From: a candidate division FCPU426 bacterium | GTDB taxonomy: Bacteria; Oederibacteriota; Muellerivitia; Muellerivitales; Muellerivitaceae | NCBI GenBank assembly: GCA_963719085.1 | Contig: CAVRAL010000004.1 | Coordinates: forward strand, 576,001-640,000 | Length of the DNA stretch: 64,000 nt | Reading direction: 5' to 3' | In this document: positions 7,972 to 18,339 of the stretch, in pieces | Numbering within the stretch: the stretch's first letter is position 1 | How the letters are laid out: every line of letters begins with the position of its first letter | The notes under the pieces: model-generated | What the model was told of the DNA's origin: nothing | What the model saw: only the letters and a program-made list of their open reading frames with translations | Databases searched by the model: none | Translations under genes and position numbers: made by a program

Positions 7972-10008
7972 ATGTCTCAACCCTTCGATCAAGCCGACCA
8001 TAACGCCATTACGGCCATGCGCATGCTGGCCGTGGACGCCACCAGCAAGGCCAACTCGGGCCATCCCGGCATGCCCATCGGCATGGCGCCGGCCGCCCAC
8101 GTTTTGTGGACCCGCCATTTAAAACACGCGCCCTCCAACCCCAACTGGGTCGACCGCGACCGTTTCATTTTATCCGCGGGCCATGGGTCCATGCTCATCT
8201 ATTCGCTCCTGCACCTGCACGGCTACAACCTGTCGCTGGACGATTTGAAAAACTTCCGCCAATGGGGAAGCAAAACCCCGGGCCACCCGGAGTACGGCCA
8301 CACCGAAGGCGTGGAAACCACCACCGGCCCCTTGGGACAGGGCATCGCCACGGCCGTGGGTTTCGCCATGGGCGAGCGCATCTTGGCCGCGCGCTTCAAT
8401 GAGGCGGACAACGAAATCGTCAACCACCGCACCTGGGTCATCGCCTCGGACGGCGATTTAATGGAAGGCGTGTCGCACGAATCCTGCTCCACCGCCGGGC
8501 ATTTGAAACTGGCCAATTTAAAAGTCATCTACGACGACAACCACATCAGCATCGAGGGCGACACCAAGCTGGCCTTCACCGAGGATGTGCTCAAGCGCTT
8601 TGAGGCCTACGGCTGGCACACCTTGCGGGTAACCGACGCCAATGATTTGGAAGCCTTGGACAAGGCCATGACCGAAGCGGAAGCCGAGACCACCCGGCCT
8701 TCCATCATCGCGGTGCGCAGCCATATTGGTTACGGAACGCCCCTTCAAGACAGCGCCAAGGTTCACGGTTCCGCCCTGTCGCCCGAGAACGTCATCAAGA
8801 CCAAGGAATTTTACAAATGGCCCCTGGAGCCGACCTTCCTCATCCCCGAAGACGCCAAAAAGCGCTGCCTGGAATCCGTCGACAAGGGCAAAAAGCGGGT
8901 CGCGGACTGGAACGTCAAAAAAGACGCCTACGCCAAAAGCTACGGCGACAAGCTCAAGCAATTTGAGCAGGCCTTGAAAAAAGAATTGCCCGCGGATTTG
9001 GAAAAGAAACTGCCGGTCTTCCCGGCGGATGAAAAAGGAATCGCCACCCGTTCCGCCTCCGGCAAGGTGATCAACGTTTTGGCCAAGGAACTGGCCTTCT
9101 TTTACGGCGGTTCGGCGGATTTGGCCGGTTCCAACGACACCCTGATTGAGGGCGGCGGAAGCTTCGAAGCCGACAACTATAAAGGCCGGGTCTTCCACTT
9201 TGGCGTGCGCGAGCACGGCATGGGGGCCGAACTGAACGGCTTGGCCCTGCACGGCGGGATTGTTCCCTTCGGCGCGACTTTCCTGATGTTCAACGACTAT
9301 ATGAAGCCGGCCTATCGCTTGGCGCATTTGATGGGCGTCCAATCGATCTTCGTTTATACGCATGACTCCATCGGGCAGGGAGAGGACGGTCCGACCCACC
9401 AACCAGTGGAAACCTTGGCCGCCATGCGCTCGATTCCCAACGCCTGCGTGATCCGCCCGGCGGACGCCAACGAATCCGCTTATTCCTGGCTGGTCGCGCT
9501 GCAGCGCAAAAACGCCCCCACCGCTTTGGTCTTTACCCGCCAAAACGTGCCTACCTATGACCGCACCAAAGTCGGCGCGGCGTCGGGTGTTTTAAAGGGC
9601 GCTTATGTGCTGTCCGAGGCCAAAGGCGGCAAGCCCCAAGTCATTCTCATGGGAACGGGCTCCGAAGTTCAGCTTTGTATGAAGGCCCAGGAAATTCTTG
9701 AGAAAGAAGGCGTGATGGCCCGCGTGGTCAGTTTCCCCTCGTGGGAACTTTTCGCCGCCCAAAGCGCCCAGTACCAGGAAGAAGTCCTGCCCTCGTCGGT
9801 GAAAGCCCGGGTCGCGGTGGAAGCCGCCACCTCGTTCGGCTGGCACAAATGGACGGGCAATTACGGCAAGTTCGTGACGCTGGAGCGTTTCGGCGCCAGC
9901 GCGCCGGGCCCCGTGGCCCTGAAAAATTTGGGCTTCACCCCGGAAAAGGTCGCGGAAGCCGCCAAGGCGTCTTTAGCCGAGGCCTTGTCTCCCGCTAGCG
10001 CGCGCTAG
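7972..10008 (+). CDS. tkt: Transketolase
   Basis: [39 protein letters not shown] and GEDGPTHQP motifs. Confidence 0.97.
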   Translation: MSQPFDQADHNAITAMRMLAVDATSKANSGHPGMPIGMAPAAHVLWTRHLKHAPSNPNWVDRDRFILSAGHGSMLIYSLLHLHGYNLSLDDLKNFRQWGSKTPGHPEYGHTEGVETTTGPLGQGIATAVGFAMGERILAARFNEADNEIVNHRTWVIASDGDLMEGVSHESCSTAGHLKLANLKVIYDDNHISIEGDTKLAFTEDVLKRFEAYGWHTLRVTDANDLEALDKAMTEAEAETTRPSIIAVRSHIGYGTPLQDSAKVHGSALSPENVIKTKEFYKWPLEPTFLIPEDAKKRCLESVDKGKKRVADWNVKKDAYAKSYGDKLKQFEQALKKELPADLEKKLPVFPADEKGIATRSASGKVINVLAKELAFFYGGSADLAGSNDTLIEGGGSFEADNYKGRVFHFGVREHGMGAELNGLALHGGIVPFGATFLMFNDYMKPAYRLAHLMGVQSIFVYTHDSIGQGEDGPTHQPVETLAAMRSIPNACVIRPADANESAYSWLVALQRKNAPTALVFTRQNVPTYDRTKVGAASGVLKGAYVLSEAKGGKPQVILMGTGSEVQLCMKAQEILEKEGVMARVVSFPSWELFAAQSAQYQEEVLPSSVKARVAVEAATSFGWHKWTGNYGKFVTLERFGASAPGPVALKNLGFTPEKVAEAAKASLAEALSPASAR

Positions 10009-10036
10009 GGATAACACTCAGTTCGGGTTAGCTTTC

Positions 10037-10069
10037 AAAGCCCCGGGGAAATTTCCCCGGGGCTTTTTT
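10037..10069 (+). terminator. Rho-independent terminator after tkt
   Basis: AAAGCCCCGGGGAAATTTCCCCGGGGCTTTTTT. Confidence 0.85.
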
Positions 10070-10119
10070 ATTTACATTTTCGAAACCCCCGCACGGTCAT
10101 TCTTGGATAAACTTCCCCG

Positions 10120-11439
10120 ATGAAAATTTCATTTAAAAATAACGTCCTACTTAGTTCTTCTATTTTCTGGTTGTTGGTTCCCGTGGCCTGGGCGGATGAC
10201 GCGTTCACTCCCGCGGACTATTCCCTGCATTATCAAGCCACTTTTCTTCCCCAATACCACGGTTCCTTCCCGGCGCGATACTCAGGCAACCTCAGTTTAA
10301 AAAACACGCCGGAATTGAACGCTTCATTCACGACCACGCTTTTTCTGGGCGCCGGCCTCTGGCCTGGCGGTTTCATTTACGCGGACCCGGAAGTTTCGGC
10401 GGGAAGCGGTTTCAGCGGCGTGGACGGATTGGCCGACCTGTCGAATGGGGAGATTTCAAAAGTCGGAAGTCCTGATCCGACTCCGAACCTGGCCCGCGTT
10501 TACGTCCAGCAGGTTTTGGGGTTCGGGGGAGAGACGGAAAAACTTAACGACGATCAAAACCAAGTGGCGGCCCAACAGGACATTTCCCGTTTAACCGTGA
10601 CTTTTGGCAAATTCTCTTTAAACGATTTTTTCGACAACAACGCTTACGCCCACGACGCCCGTACCCAATTCATCAATCTGGGATTGGTCGACAACCTGGC
10701 CTGGGATTACGCCGCCGATACCCATGGCTATACCTGGGGATTCATCGCGGAACTGAATCAAAAAGACTGGGCCCTTCGGCTGTGCAGCGCCATGGTTTCG
10801 ACTGTCGCCAACGGGCCCCTTTATGACGCCGACTTGGGCCAAGCCCGGGCGGATAACGCGGAGTTCGAGTGGCGTTACAACTTAGATTCCCATCCGGGCC
10901 GTTTGCGCCTGCTGGCTTATGTCAACCACGCCCGCATGGGCAGTTACGATGCCGCAGTGACTTCCGGCAGCGTACCGCCCGATATCACCCAGTCGCGCGC
11001 CTACCGGGAAAAAGTCGGCTTTGGGATAAACCTCGAGCAAGAACTGGCGGATCATTTGGGCGGCTTTTTACGTTTAGGCTGGAACGACGGCCAAACGGAG
11101 TCCTTTGAGCTAACGGCCGTGGATGAAACCGTTTCGGGGGGAATCGTGCTCAAAAATCCCCTGGGAGGCCGGCCCGACGACAGCGTGGGACTGGGCCTCA
11201 TCGTGAGCGGGCTTTCGTCCGCGCACCAAGCCTATTTGGCCGCCGGAGGACAGGATTTCCTCATCGGCGACGGCGCCCTTCGTTACGGGCCCGAGGAAGT
11301 GGCCGAGCTTTACTATCTTTTTAAGGCGGCCGCGCCTTTCTCGCTGACCTTGGACCTGCAAGGCGTCAATGACCCCGCTTACAATCAAGACCGGGGGCCG
11401 CTGGGCATTATCGCGGGCCGGGCGCATCTGGAACTCTAA
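10120..11439 (+). CDS. OprB-family carbohydrate porin / high-affinity Mn2+ porin-like
   Basis: Signal peptide; Q.H..F.A.YSG.LSL, FD.N.YAHD.RTQF.N, WDYAADT.GYT and PAYN.DRGP motifs. Confidence 0.85.
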   Translation: MKISFKNNVLLSSSIFWLLVPVAWADDAFTPADYSLHYQATFLPQYHGSFPARYSGNLSLKNTPELNASFTTTLFLGAGLWPGGFIYADPEVSAGSGFSGVDGLADLSNGEISKVGSPDPTPNLARVYVQQVLGFGGETEKLNDDQNQVAAQQDISRLTVTFGKFSLNDFFDNNAYAHDARTQFINLGLVDNLAWDYAADTHGYTWGFIAELNQKDWALRLCSAMVSTVANGPLYDADLGQARADNAEFEWRYNLDSHPGRLRLLAYVNHARMGSYDAAVTSGSVPPDITQSRAYREKVGFGINLEQELADHLGGFLRLGWNDGQTESFELTAVDETVSGGIVLKNPLGGRPDDSVGLGLIVSGLSSAHQAYLAAGGQDFLIGDGALRYGPEEVAELYYLFKAAAPFSLTLDLQGVNDPAYNQDRGPLGIIAGRAHLEL

Positions 11440-11478
11440 GATGGGCTTTGATTTTGTCCCGGACTTACGGATGAAAAA

Positions 11479-12735
11479 TTAAGCTAAAAACCCCAGCGGC
11501 GTTTTCGGTATAAAACCCGGGAAGACCCGAGTGTCCTCCCCGATCCCCAGGTGGTTGGATAAAATTTCCGAGTGCACTTGCCGAAAATCAGTCGTGACCT
11601 GAAGGTCGCGGCCTTCATAAAGCTGTTCGGGCGCCAACCCCGGCCAGGATCCATATACTTTCCCGCCCTTGATCGATCCTCCAAAAAGCAGCATCACGCT
11701 GGCATGGCCATGGTCCGTGCCCCGGTTGCCGTTTTCCTGCAGGGTCCTTCCGAACTCGGTCATGGTCGTGAGCAAAACGTCCCCGGACCGGTCTCCCATA
11801 TCGCGGTAAAAAGCCGCGATGCTGTCGCCCAATTCCTTTAGGCGCGCGTTTAAAAGCCCGTCATTCGACCCTTCATTGACATGGTGGTCCCATCCCCCCA
11901 CATCCAAAAATCCCACCCGGAGGCCGACCTTCGCCTGGATAACCCGGGCCAGCTCAAAAAATTGGCGTCCCACGGCGCCCTTGGGATATCCTGCGTCCTC
12001 GGGATTTTTAGGCCCGCTTTGCTGGATTTTTTGAAGGAGATTGACCGAGTCTTCCGTCGCCTTTCCGGTTCCGGACAGGAGCCGGTCGATGCTGCCCTCG
12101 TACATATCCTCGAAAGAACTGGCTTCCAGACCGCCGCCGATAAAGCGGTAGGCGTTTAAGTTGGGAAAAGCGGTGACCTGGAAATCCCCCCGTAAAATCC
12201 GGGGCAGGCGGGCGGAAATGGCCACGGCCGTCAGGGGCGACTTGGCTTTTTTGATGGAGGAACTTTCGATGGCCCGGTTGAGCCAGCCGTCTTCGGTGGT
12301 CTTGACCCCGGGTGTTCCGGTTTCCATATTGTCTTGCGCCTCAAAATGGGAGCGGGTTTCATCCGGACTGCCGACCGCTTCGACCACGGCGAAGTTCCCC
12401 GCCTTCCACATCGGCATCAAGGAAGCCAAGGCCGGATGGAGGCCAAAGGTCCCGTCCAAGTCCAAAACCCCGCCCGTTTGGGTGGGACCCGGAAGCCCGA
12501 TGGTGGGCCGGGCCGAGCGGTAATTCGGATCCTGGAAGGGCACCACCATATTCAGCCCGTCGGCCGCGCCGCGCTGGAACAAAACGATGAGAATTTTGGA
12601 ATTATTGGCGGCCAGCCCCGCCGCCGCCCAAGCCCAATGAGGCATTCCGAAAAAAGCCGCGCCGGCTACGGCCGCTCCGCTCAATTTTAAGAAGTCCCGC
12701 CGGGACAGTTTGGGATTCCAAGTTTTTTTTCGCAT
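11479..12735 (-). CDS. DUF1501 domain protein, Tat-exported
   Basis: SRRDFLK Tat motif; FQRGAADGL, TRSHF.AQ, GGWD.H, TEFGRT..ENG..GTDHG and TTDFR motifs. Confidence 0.9.
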   Translation of the reverse strand: MRKKTWNPKLSRRDFLKLSGAAVAGAAFFGMPHWAWAAAGLAANNSKILIVLFQRGAADGLNMVVPFQDPNYRSARPTIGLPGPTQTGGVLDLDGTFGLHPALASLMPMWKAGNFAVVEAVGSPDETRSHFEAQDNMETGTPGVKTTEDGWLNRAIESSSIKKAKSPLTAVAISARLPRILRGDFQVTAFPNLNAYRFIGGGLEASSFEDMYEGSIDRLLSGTGKATEDSVNLLQKIQQSGPKNPEDAGYPKGAVGRQFFELARVIQAKVGLRVGFLDVGGWDHHVNEGSNDGLLNARLKELGDSIAAFYRDMGDRSGDVLLTTMTEFGRTLQENGNRGTDHGHASVMLLFGGSIKGGKVYGSWPGLAPEQLYEGRDLQVTTDFRQVHSEILSNHLGIGEDTRVFPGFIPKTPLGFLA

Positions 12736-12737
12736 GC

Positions 12738-14396
12738 CTATCTCCTTTGAAAATCCGGTGAACCCAGGACCAAAGCGCCCAATTGGGAGGCCTCAAAATT
12801 CTTCTTTTTATCGTCCAAAATCGCGTGGGAAATCTCCGGATCCTTCAACTTGGAGAAAAGAACCTTTTGGGTATTGGCCGAAACCTGCCCGCCCAAAAAA
12901 GCCTGGAAAAGGCCTTTTAATATTTTTTTGCCGTCCCCGCCGTCCGAAAGGGCCGGATCCAGGGCCGTCAAATTGACCTGGGCGGGCGAATGAGGCTTGT
13001 TGTCCAGGAGAATCAGGGAAAAATTCATTCGATCCAGCAAGGCGCTTGAATTCACCCAAGCCTTGGCGTTGTCCGGATAACCCGTGGGCGGCTCGCAAAG
13101 ATAAAGGGGTTCGCCCATTAAATTTAAAAACCCGGACAGTTTTTGGGGATCGGTCAATTGGGCGTTCGTCACCCGAAGCGCGCTGGCCACGAACTCCAAA
13201 GGCGACTTCACCTTAGCCCGGTAATATTTGGGGCTTAGGAATTCCTTGGAATAAAATATCGCCCGCAGAGTTTCCCGGATATCGCCGCCGCTGGCCAAAA
13301 ACTTTTGGGCCACCCGGTTGACCAGGGCCGGGGGCGGATCGTCGCATACAAAACGGCGGCAAAGCTCCGCGGCGATCAGATGGGCCGTGGCGGGGTTTTC
13401 CGCCAAGGCGTCCAAAACCGATTCCCCTTCAGCCTCGCCTTGGGCGCCATCGTAGATTTGGCCTAAAATAGTCGCGGGACCCTGGTCATGCATGCGGGCC
13501 CGGAACTTGAATTGGAAAGCCTGGGCCGGATTCTCCGGTTGACCCGGCTTGCCCGGGCCCTGAAAGCTCCAGCCCGTCAGGGCCCGGGCCACTTGAATTA
13601 CATCCTGCTGCGTATAACCGCTATCGACCCCCAGGGTGTGCAATTCCATCAGTTCCCGGGCGTAATTTTCATTCAGTCCCATGCTTTTTTTGGCGTTGGC
13701 GGGATCGTCCATCATTTTCATCATGGCCGGGTATTCGCTCATCTCGTCGGCCGGCACATAACGGGGATCCACTGTGCTGTTGACGTTGTCCAAATATTCC
13801 AGCATGGCCGGGCTGTGGGCCACCGCCCCCAAAAGGTCCCGGAATTTTCCCAGGGCGTTCGGGCGGATCACGTCCCTTTCATAGGGCGTCAAAAACCACT
13901 TGTCCCGGTTTTTCTCAAAAGTCACGTTGAAGTGGTTGAACCAAAAATCCGTCATCACTTCCTGGAGCTGCCGTCGGCTTTCCAGGATCCGCACCCATTT
14001 GGCCTCGGTCAATTGGTCGAGGATTTCGCCGATATGCTGGTTGGCCGCTTTCACCTCGTCCGGATTAGGCTTCTCGCCCGGCTGGGCCGGATGGGCGGGG
14101 GGATACTTTTGAAAAAGCTCCAGGGCCGTGAGGCCCAGGCTGGGATAAAGTTCCAGATCCGCCTCGCATTGGCTGTCGTCGAGGGTCTCCGGATGAAGCT
14201 GTTGTTCGATATAAGCTTTTAACCCCAGACGCCGGACCAGGGCCGCGTCCCCGGGTTTGGGCCCGAACGAAAGCCGGTTTAAAACCTGGGATATTTTTTG
14301 GGTGGTCGTAAGGGATGAACCGGTTGTCGCGGCGGAAATCGGACCGCTCAGACTGAACCCTATCGCGCCCAACAATAAAAAGAGGCTTTTTCGCAT
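12738..14396 (-). CDS. DUF1800 domain protein
   Basis: LNRLSFGP, QLQEVMTDFWFNHFNV, SPAML.YLDN, NENYARELMELHTLG and PTGY motifs; operonic with the DUF1501 gene. Confidence 0.92.
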   Translation of the reverse strand: MRKSLFLLLGAIGFSLSGPISAATTGSSLTTTQKISQVLNRLSFGPKPGDAALVRRLGLKAYIEQQLHPETLDDSQCEADLELYPSLGLTALELFQKYPPAHPAQPGEKPNPDEVKAANQHIGEILDQLTEAKWVRILESRRQLQEVMTDFWFNHFNVTFEKNRDKWFLTPYERDVIRPNALGKFRDLLGAVAHSPAMLEYLDNVNSTVDPRYVPADEMSEYPAMMKMMDDPANAKKSMGLNENYARELMELHTLGVDSGYTQQDVIQVARALTGWSFQGPGKPGQPENPAQAFQFKFRARMHDQGPATILGQIYDGAQGEAEGESVLDALAENPATAHLIAAELCRRFVCDDPPPALVNRVAQKFLASGGDIRETLRAIFYSKEFLSPKYYRAKVKSPLEFVASALRVTNAQLTDPQKLSGFLNLMGEPLYLCEPPTGYPDNAKAWVNSSALLDRMNFSLILLDNKPHSPAQVNLTALDPALSDGGDGKKILKGLFQAFLGGQVSANTQKVLFSKLKDPEISHAILDDKKKNFEASQLGALVLGSPDFQRR

Positions 14397-14438
14397 GGCC
14401 TTCCCCGGGTTAAATCCTGATTGAACCGGCTTCATGGG

Positions 14439-14466
14439 TTAGACGGGGCGGGATAGCCAAAAGTTC
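14439..14466 (-). promoter_or_regulatory. ECF sigma (sigmaE-like) promoter
   Basis: GAACTT-N16-GTCTAA upstream of the DUF1800 gene. Confidence 0.65.
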
Positions 14467-14711
14467 AAGACCAAAGCATGGAACAAAGGTAAACGCATCC
14501 CATGGGAGCCCGGACGGCCCTCTTGGACGCCGTATAAATCAAACCAGGTGGTTTTATTTTCGCGTTGCCTTAAAATGACCAAGCTTTCTACCCTTGTAAT
14601 ATTGAGGGTTGGCCGCGCAAAATTTCCAGCTAACTTCCCGCCGATCGATTTGACCCGCCGGTTTGGTTTATAATTTTCACCCGCGCGGTAATCTAAAAAT
14701 GGTAATCAAAC

Positions 14712-15461
14712 ATGATTTGCCCCAACTGCAAAAATGAAAAATGGAGCGAGGAGCCCTGCCCCCAGTGCGGACTCGACCAAAAAGCCGCCCTATTGACCCA
14801 AGGCGACCTCTACCAACAGCAAGGCCGGGACCTGGAAGCCGCGAAATTTTATGAGGATTATCTGCGCCTGGACCCGGATCAATGGGACGCCCTGCGTAAA
14901 CGCGCGATCGCCTTTTATAGCGCGGCGCTGGCCTCGGGGAACAAACCGCTTTTCGACAAGGCCGATCAAGCCTTGGCCCTGGCCTTGGACAAGGAATGGG
15001 ATTGGGAACAGGGGCACCAATTCCGGGTCAATTTATTTTACGCCTCGGGCAATCTGAAAGAACTGGAACAGGTCTATTCCCGGATCAGCCAACAGAACCC
15101 GCCGCGCAAGGAAATGGCCGAAAAGACCCTGAAGGTCATCCAACTGACCGAGAAATTCGCCAAACCCGGCCCGGACGGTTCCGCGTCCGCTTCCACGCGA
15201 CTGCTCAAAAAAATTCCCTGGCCTTTTCTTTTTTTACCTTCGGTCCCTTTTTGGTTATGGCTCATCCAAAAGCTTTTATTCCCGCCCGACGTCGAGGATG
15301 TTAATTCAAATCCGAAGGCCCTTTTCATCGGCGACGCCGTCCTATTTTTTTGCGGCCTCAGCTTGGTATTTATCGCCATCCTGTTTTTCCGCCAAAAGTC
15401 CCCGGACGCCAAACCCCTGAAGGACCATAAAAAATCCGAGTTAAATTTTCCGGGGAAATGA
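14712..15461 (+). CDS. Zinc-ribbon + TPR membrane protein
   Basis: CPNC...CPQC, TPR-like helices (GDLYQQQGRDLEAAKFYEDYLRLDP), two C-terminal TMs. Confidence 0.7.
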   Translation: MICPNCKNEKWSEEPCPQCGLDQKAALLTQGDLYQQQGRDLEAAKFYEDYLRLDPDQWDALRKRAIAFYSAALASGNKPLFDKADQALALALDKEWDWEQGHQFRVNLFYASGNLKELEQVYSRISQQNPPRKEMAEKTLKVIQLTEKFAKPGPDGSASASTRLLKKIPWPFLFLPSVPFWLWLIQKLLFPPDVEDVNSNPKALFIGDAVLFFCGLSLVFIAILFFRQKSPDAKPLKDHKKSELNFPGK

Positions 15462-15581
15462 AACACCCCGGGAATAAGGCCCTTCGGAAGGTTCCCGGAC
15501 TCGGCCTTTGGCTTGCAATCGGCGGCCTGGCCCATTAAGTTCAATCCCTGTAACCACCCTTGACGCGAAACGAGTCTTCCC

Positions 15582-16817
15582 ATGTCCCAAACCAAACCCC
15601 GCCTATTGGTTTTAGGTACCGGCTTCGGCGCCATCAGCCTGATCAAAGTAGTGGACCCCAAACTTTACGATGTCACCGGTGTCAGCCCCCGAAACCATTT
15701 TCTTTTCACCCCGCTGCTCCCCAGCACCACGGTGGGCACCTTGGAATTCCGGAGCATCGTGGAACCGGTCCGCCGGGCCTGCAAACACATGCGCTATTAC
15801 CAGGCTTCCAGCCGGGCGCTGGACACGGCGGCCAAAACCGTGCGCTGTGTCAGCTCCATCGACCAGACCGCCTTCGAGGTGCCCTACGACATCCTGGTCA
15901 TCTCCGTGGGGGCCAAGGTGAATACCTTCGGCATCGCCGGGGTGGCTGAACACTCGCTCTTTTTAAAGACCATCGACGACGCGCGCCGCATCCGCCGCCG
16001 GGTGATTGAGTGTTTTGAGCAGGCCTCCCAACCCAATGTGAACGAGGACAAATGCCGCCAGCTGCTTCATTTCATCAGCGTGGGCGGCGGGCCCACCGGC
16101 GTGGAATTCGCCGCCGAGCTGAATGACTTTGTCATGGGCGAATTGAAAGCCACCTTCCCCTCGCTCATCCCCTTCGTGAAAATTACCGTCATTGACGCCG
16201 CCGACCATATCCTCAGCGCGTTTGACAGCTCGCTCAGCCAATACGCCACCGAGCATTTCAAACGCCAGAACATCGAGGTTATTTCCAAAACGCGGGTCAC
16301 CGAGGTCGCTAAAGACACCCTCCACTTAAATGACGGCAGCCTGCTTCGTTACGGCATGCTGGTTTGGTCGACCGGCATCGGCCCCACCATCGCCGTGAAT
16401 AATTTCAACCTGCCCAAGGACAAGTCCTCCCGGATTTTGGTGGACGAGACTTTAAAGGTGAAGGGATTTGAGGATATTTACGCCATGGGCGACTGCGCCT
16501 TTTTCGGCGACAAGGGCCTGCCCGCCACCGCGCAGGTCGCCATGCAGGCCGGAAAATACTTAGGCAAGGCGTTCAACCAAAAGGCCAAGGGCCAAACGCC
16601 CGGCCCCTTCCAGTATCACAATTACGGAATGCTGGCCTATGTGGGGGACGACGCGGCCATCGCCAGCGTGGAAGGCCTGCAGGCCAAAGGCAAAGCCGCC
16701 TTCTTCTTTTGGCGTTCGGCTTATTTCACCCGGCTCCTGAGCGTCAAAAACAAAATCCTGGTTCTGTTCGATTGGACCAAGACCTTTTTCTTTGGCCGGG
16801 ATATCAGCCGGCTTTAA
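15582..16817 (+). CDS. ndh: Type II NADH:quinone oxidoreductase (copy 1)
   Basis: VLGTGFGA, SPRNHFLFTPLL, GGGPTGVEFAAE, GDC and AQVAMQ quinone-site motif. Confidence 0.92.
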   Translation: MSQTKPRLLVLGTGFGAISLIKVVDPKLYDVTGVSPRNHFLFTPLLPSTTVGTLEFRSIVEPVRRACKHMRYYQASSRALDTAAKTVRCVSSIDQTAFEVPYDILVISVGAKVNTFGIAGVAEHSLFLKTIDDARRIRRRVIECFEQASQPNVNEDKCRQLLHFISVGGGPTGVEFAAELNDFVMGELKATFPSLIPFVKITVIDAADHILSAFDSSLSQYATEHFKRQNIEVISKTRVTEVAKDTLHLNDGSLLRYGMLVWSTGIGPTIAVNNFNLPKDKSSRILVDETLKVKGFEDIYAMGDCAFFGDKGLPATAQVAMQAGKYLGKAFNQKAKGQTPGPFQYHNYGMLAYVGDDAAIASVEGLQAKGKAAFFFWRSAYFTRLLSVKNKILVLFDWTKTFFFGRDISRL

Positions 16818-16994
16818 TCGCCCGATGACTTCTAATCGCGCGACCGAAAACACCCCATTGCCACCCTCTTTTTAGTCCTTTTTTTGGGGAAAAAAGACCT
16901 CAGATTAGGTATGCTCTTGCGTGGTTTGAGCCCCCGAATGTCCTTTTAGCCCTGGTTTCTTTGAAGCGAACCCTGCTGAACGAGAGGAAAAAGC

Positions 16995-18233
16995 ATGCCG
17001 GCCCAGCCAAAGCCCAAGCTTTTGCTATTAGGAACGGGTTTCGCCTCCTTCAGTCTTTTGAAGAAGTTGAATTTCGACTATTTCGACGTCACCGTTGTCA
17101 GCCCCCAAAATTATCTTCTCTTTACGCCGCTTTTGGCCGGAACCACGGTCGGCACTCTGGAATTCAGGAATATCATTGAGCCCCTGCGCCGTTCTTTTCC
17201 TCAAGTCCGTTATTTTCAGGCCGCCTGCAAAGATTTGAATCTCACCCAAAAAACCGCCGCTTGCGTGGACAGCTTGGACGGATCCGAATTCGAGGTTCCT
17301 TTTGACTCCCTCGTGATCGCCCTGGGGGCCAAGGTCAATACCTTCGGCATCGAGGGAGTGCAGGAACACGCCATGTTCCTCAAGACCATTGAGGACGCCC
17401 AGCGCATCCGCCGGCGCATTTTGGAATGTTTTGAGCGGGCTTCCCGCCCCGACGCCACGCCGGAAAAACGCCGCCAGCTTTTAAATTTCGTGGTCATGGG
17501 CGGAGGCCCCACGGGCGCCGAGTTCGCGGCCGAACTGCATGATTTGATCCAACGGGAAATGAAGGCTTATTACGCTCCCCTTTTGCCCGAAGTGAACGTC
17601 ACCGTGATCGATGTGGCCGAGTTTATCTTGGGCGCTTTCGAAAAACCCTTGCGGGACTACGCCACGAAGCATTTCATCCAGAATGGCATCACGGTGAAAA
17701 CCGGCTGCAGCGCCACCCGGGTGGAAAAAGAAAAGATCCTTTTTAAAGACGGAACCGACATGGCCTACGGTCTTTTGGTTTGGGCCACCGGCATCGCCCC
17801 CACGCCCGCCGTGAAGGCTTTCAACCTGCTCAAGGACAAAGGTTCCCGGATCATGGTGGACGACCATTTGCGGGTTCAAGATCACCCGGGCGTTTACGCG
17901 CTGGGCGATTGCGCCGCGGTGGCCAACATGCCTTTGCCCGCGACGGCCCAGGTCGCCATGCAGCAAGGCGATTATTTGGGGCTGGAGCTGAACGCCCAAA
18001 TCGAGAACCGGGACCCCTCGGTGTTCAAATATCATCACTTGGGAATCATGTGCTACGTGGGGGACGACATCGCCATCGCGGATCTGCCCGCCTTCAAATG
18101 GCACGGCAAAACCGCCCATCTTTTTTGGCGGCTGGCTTACCTCATGCGGCTCATGACCCTCAAAAATAAATTCCTGGTTTTTTTCGGCTGGGTCAAAACC
18201 GCCCTCTTTGGCCGGGACATCAGCCGGATCTGA
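16995..18233 (+). CDS. ndh: Type II NADH:quinone oxidoreductase (copy 2, tandem paralog)
   Basis: LLGTGFAS, FTPLLAGTTVGTLEFR, GGGPTGAEFAAE, AQVAMQQG; colinear with copy 1. Confidence 0.92.
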   Translation: MPAQPKPKLLLLGTGFASFSLLKKLNFDYFDVTVVSPQNYLLFTPLLAGTTVGTLEFRNIIEPLRRSFPQVRYFQAACKDLNLTQKTAACVDSLDGSEFEVPFDSLVIALGAKVNTFGIEGVQEHAMFLKTIEDAQRIRRRILECFERASRPDATPEKRRQLLNFVVMGGGPTGAEFAAELHDLIQREMKAYYAPLLPEVNVTVIDVAEFILGAFEKPLRDYATKHFIQNGITVKTGCSATRVEKEKILFKDGTDMAYGLLVWATGIAPTPAVKAFNLLKDKGSRIMVDDHLRVQDHPGVYALGDCAAVANMPLPATAQVAMQQGDYLGLELNAQIENRDPSVFKYHHLGIMCYVGDDIAIADLPAFKWHGKTAHLFWRLAYLMRLMTLKNKFLVFFGWVKTALFGRDISRI

Positions 18234-18250
18234 ACCCCCTCAAGATTTTT

Positions 18251-18320
18251 ACAATGATAACGTCTGATTTTTCAAACCCATTTTTGATCTTCATCATCGT
18301 TCATCAGTCTTCATCCTTGT
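18251..18320. repeat. Imperfect inverted repeat built from 10-bp units
   Basis: ACAATGATAACGTCTGAT ... TTCATCATCG-TTCATCAGTC-TTCATCCTTGT. Confidence 0.6.
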
Positions 18321-18339
18321 TCACAAAACCGGACTTTTC

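Noticed and set aside
8518..9543. Long antisense ORFs (also 41658-42842, 52549-53496, 61989-63002, 30023-30946, 20205-20981)
   Set aside because: Shadow frames opposite well-supported genes, expected from GC-rich codon bias.
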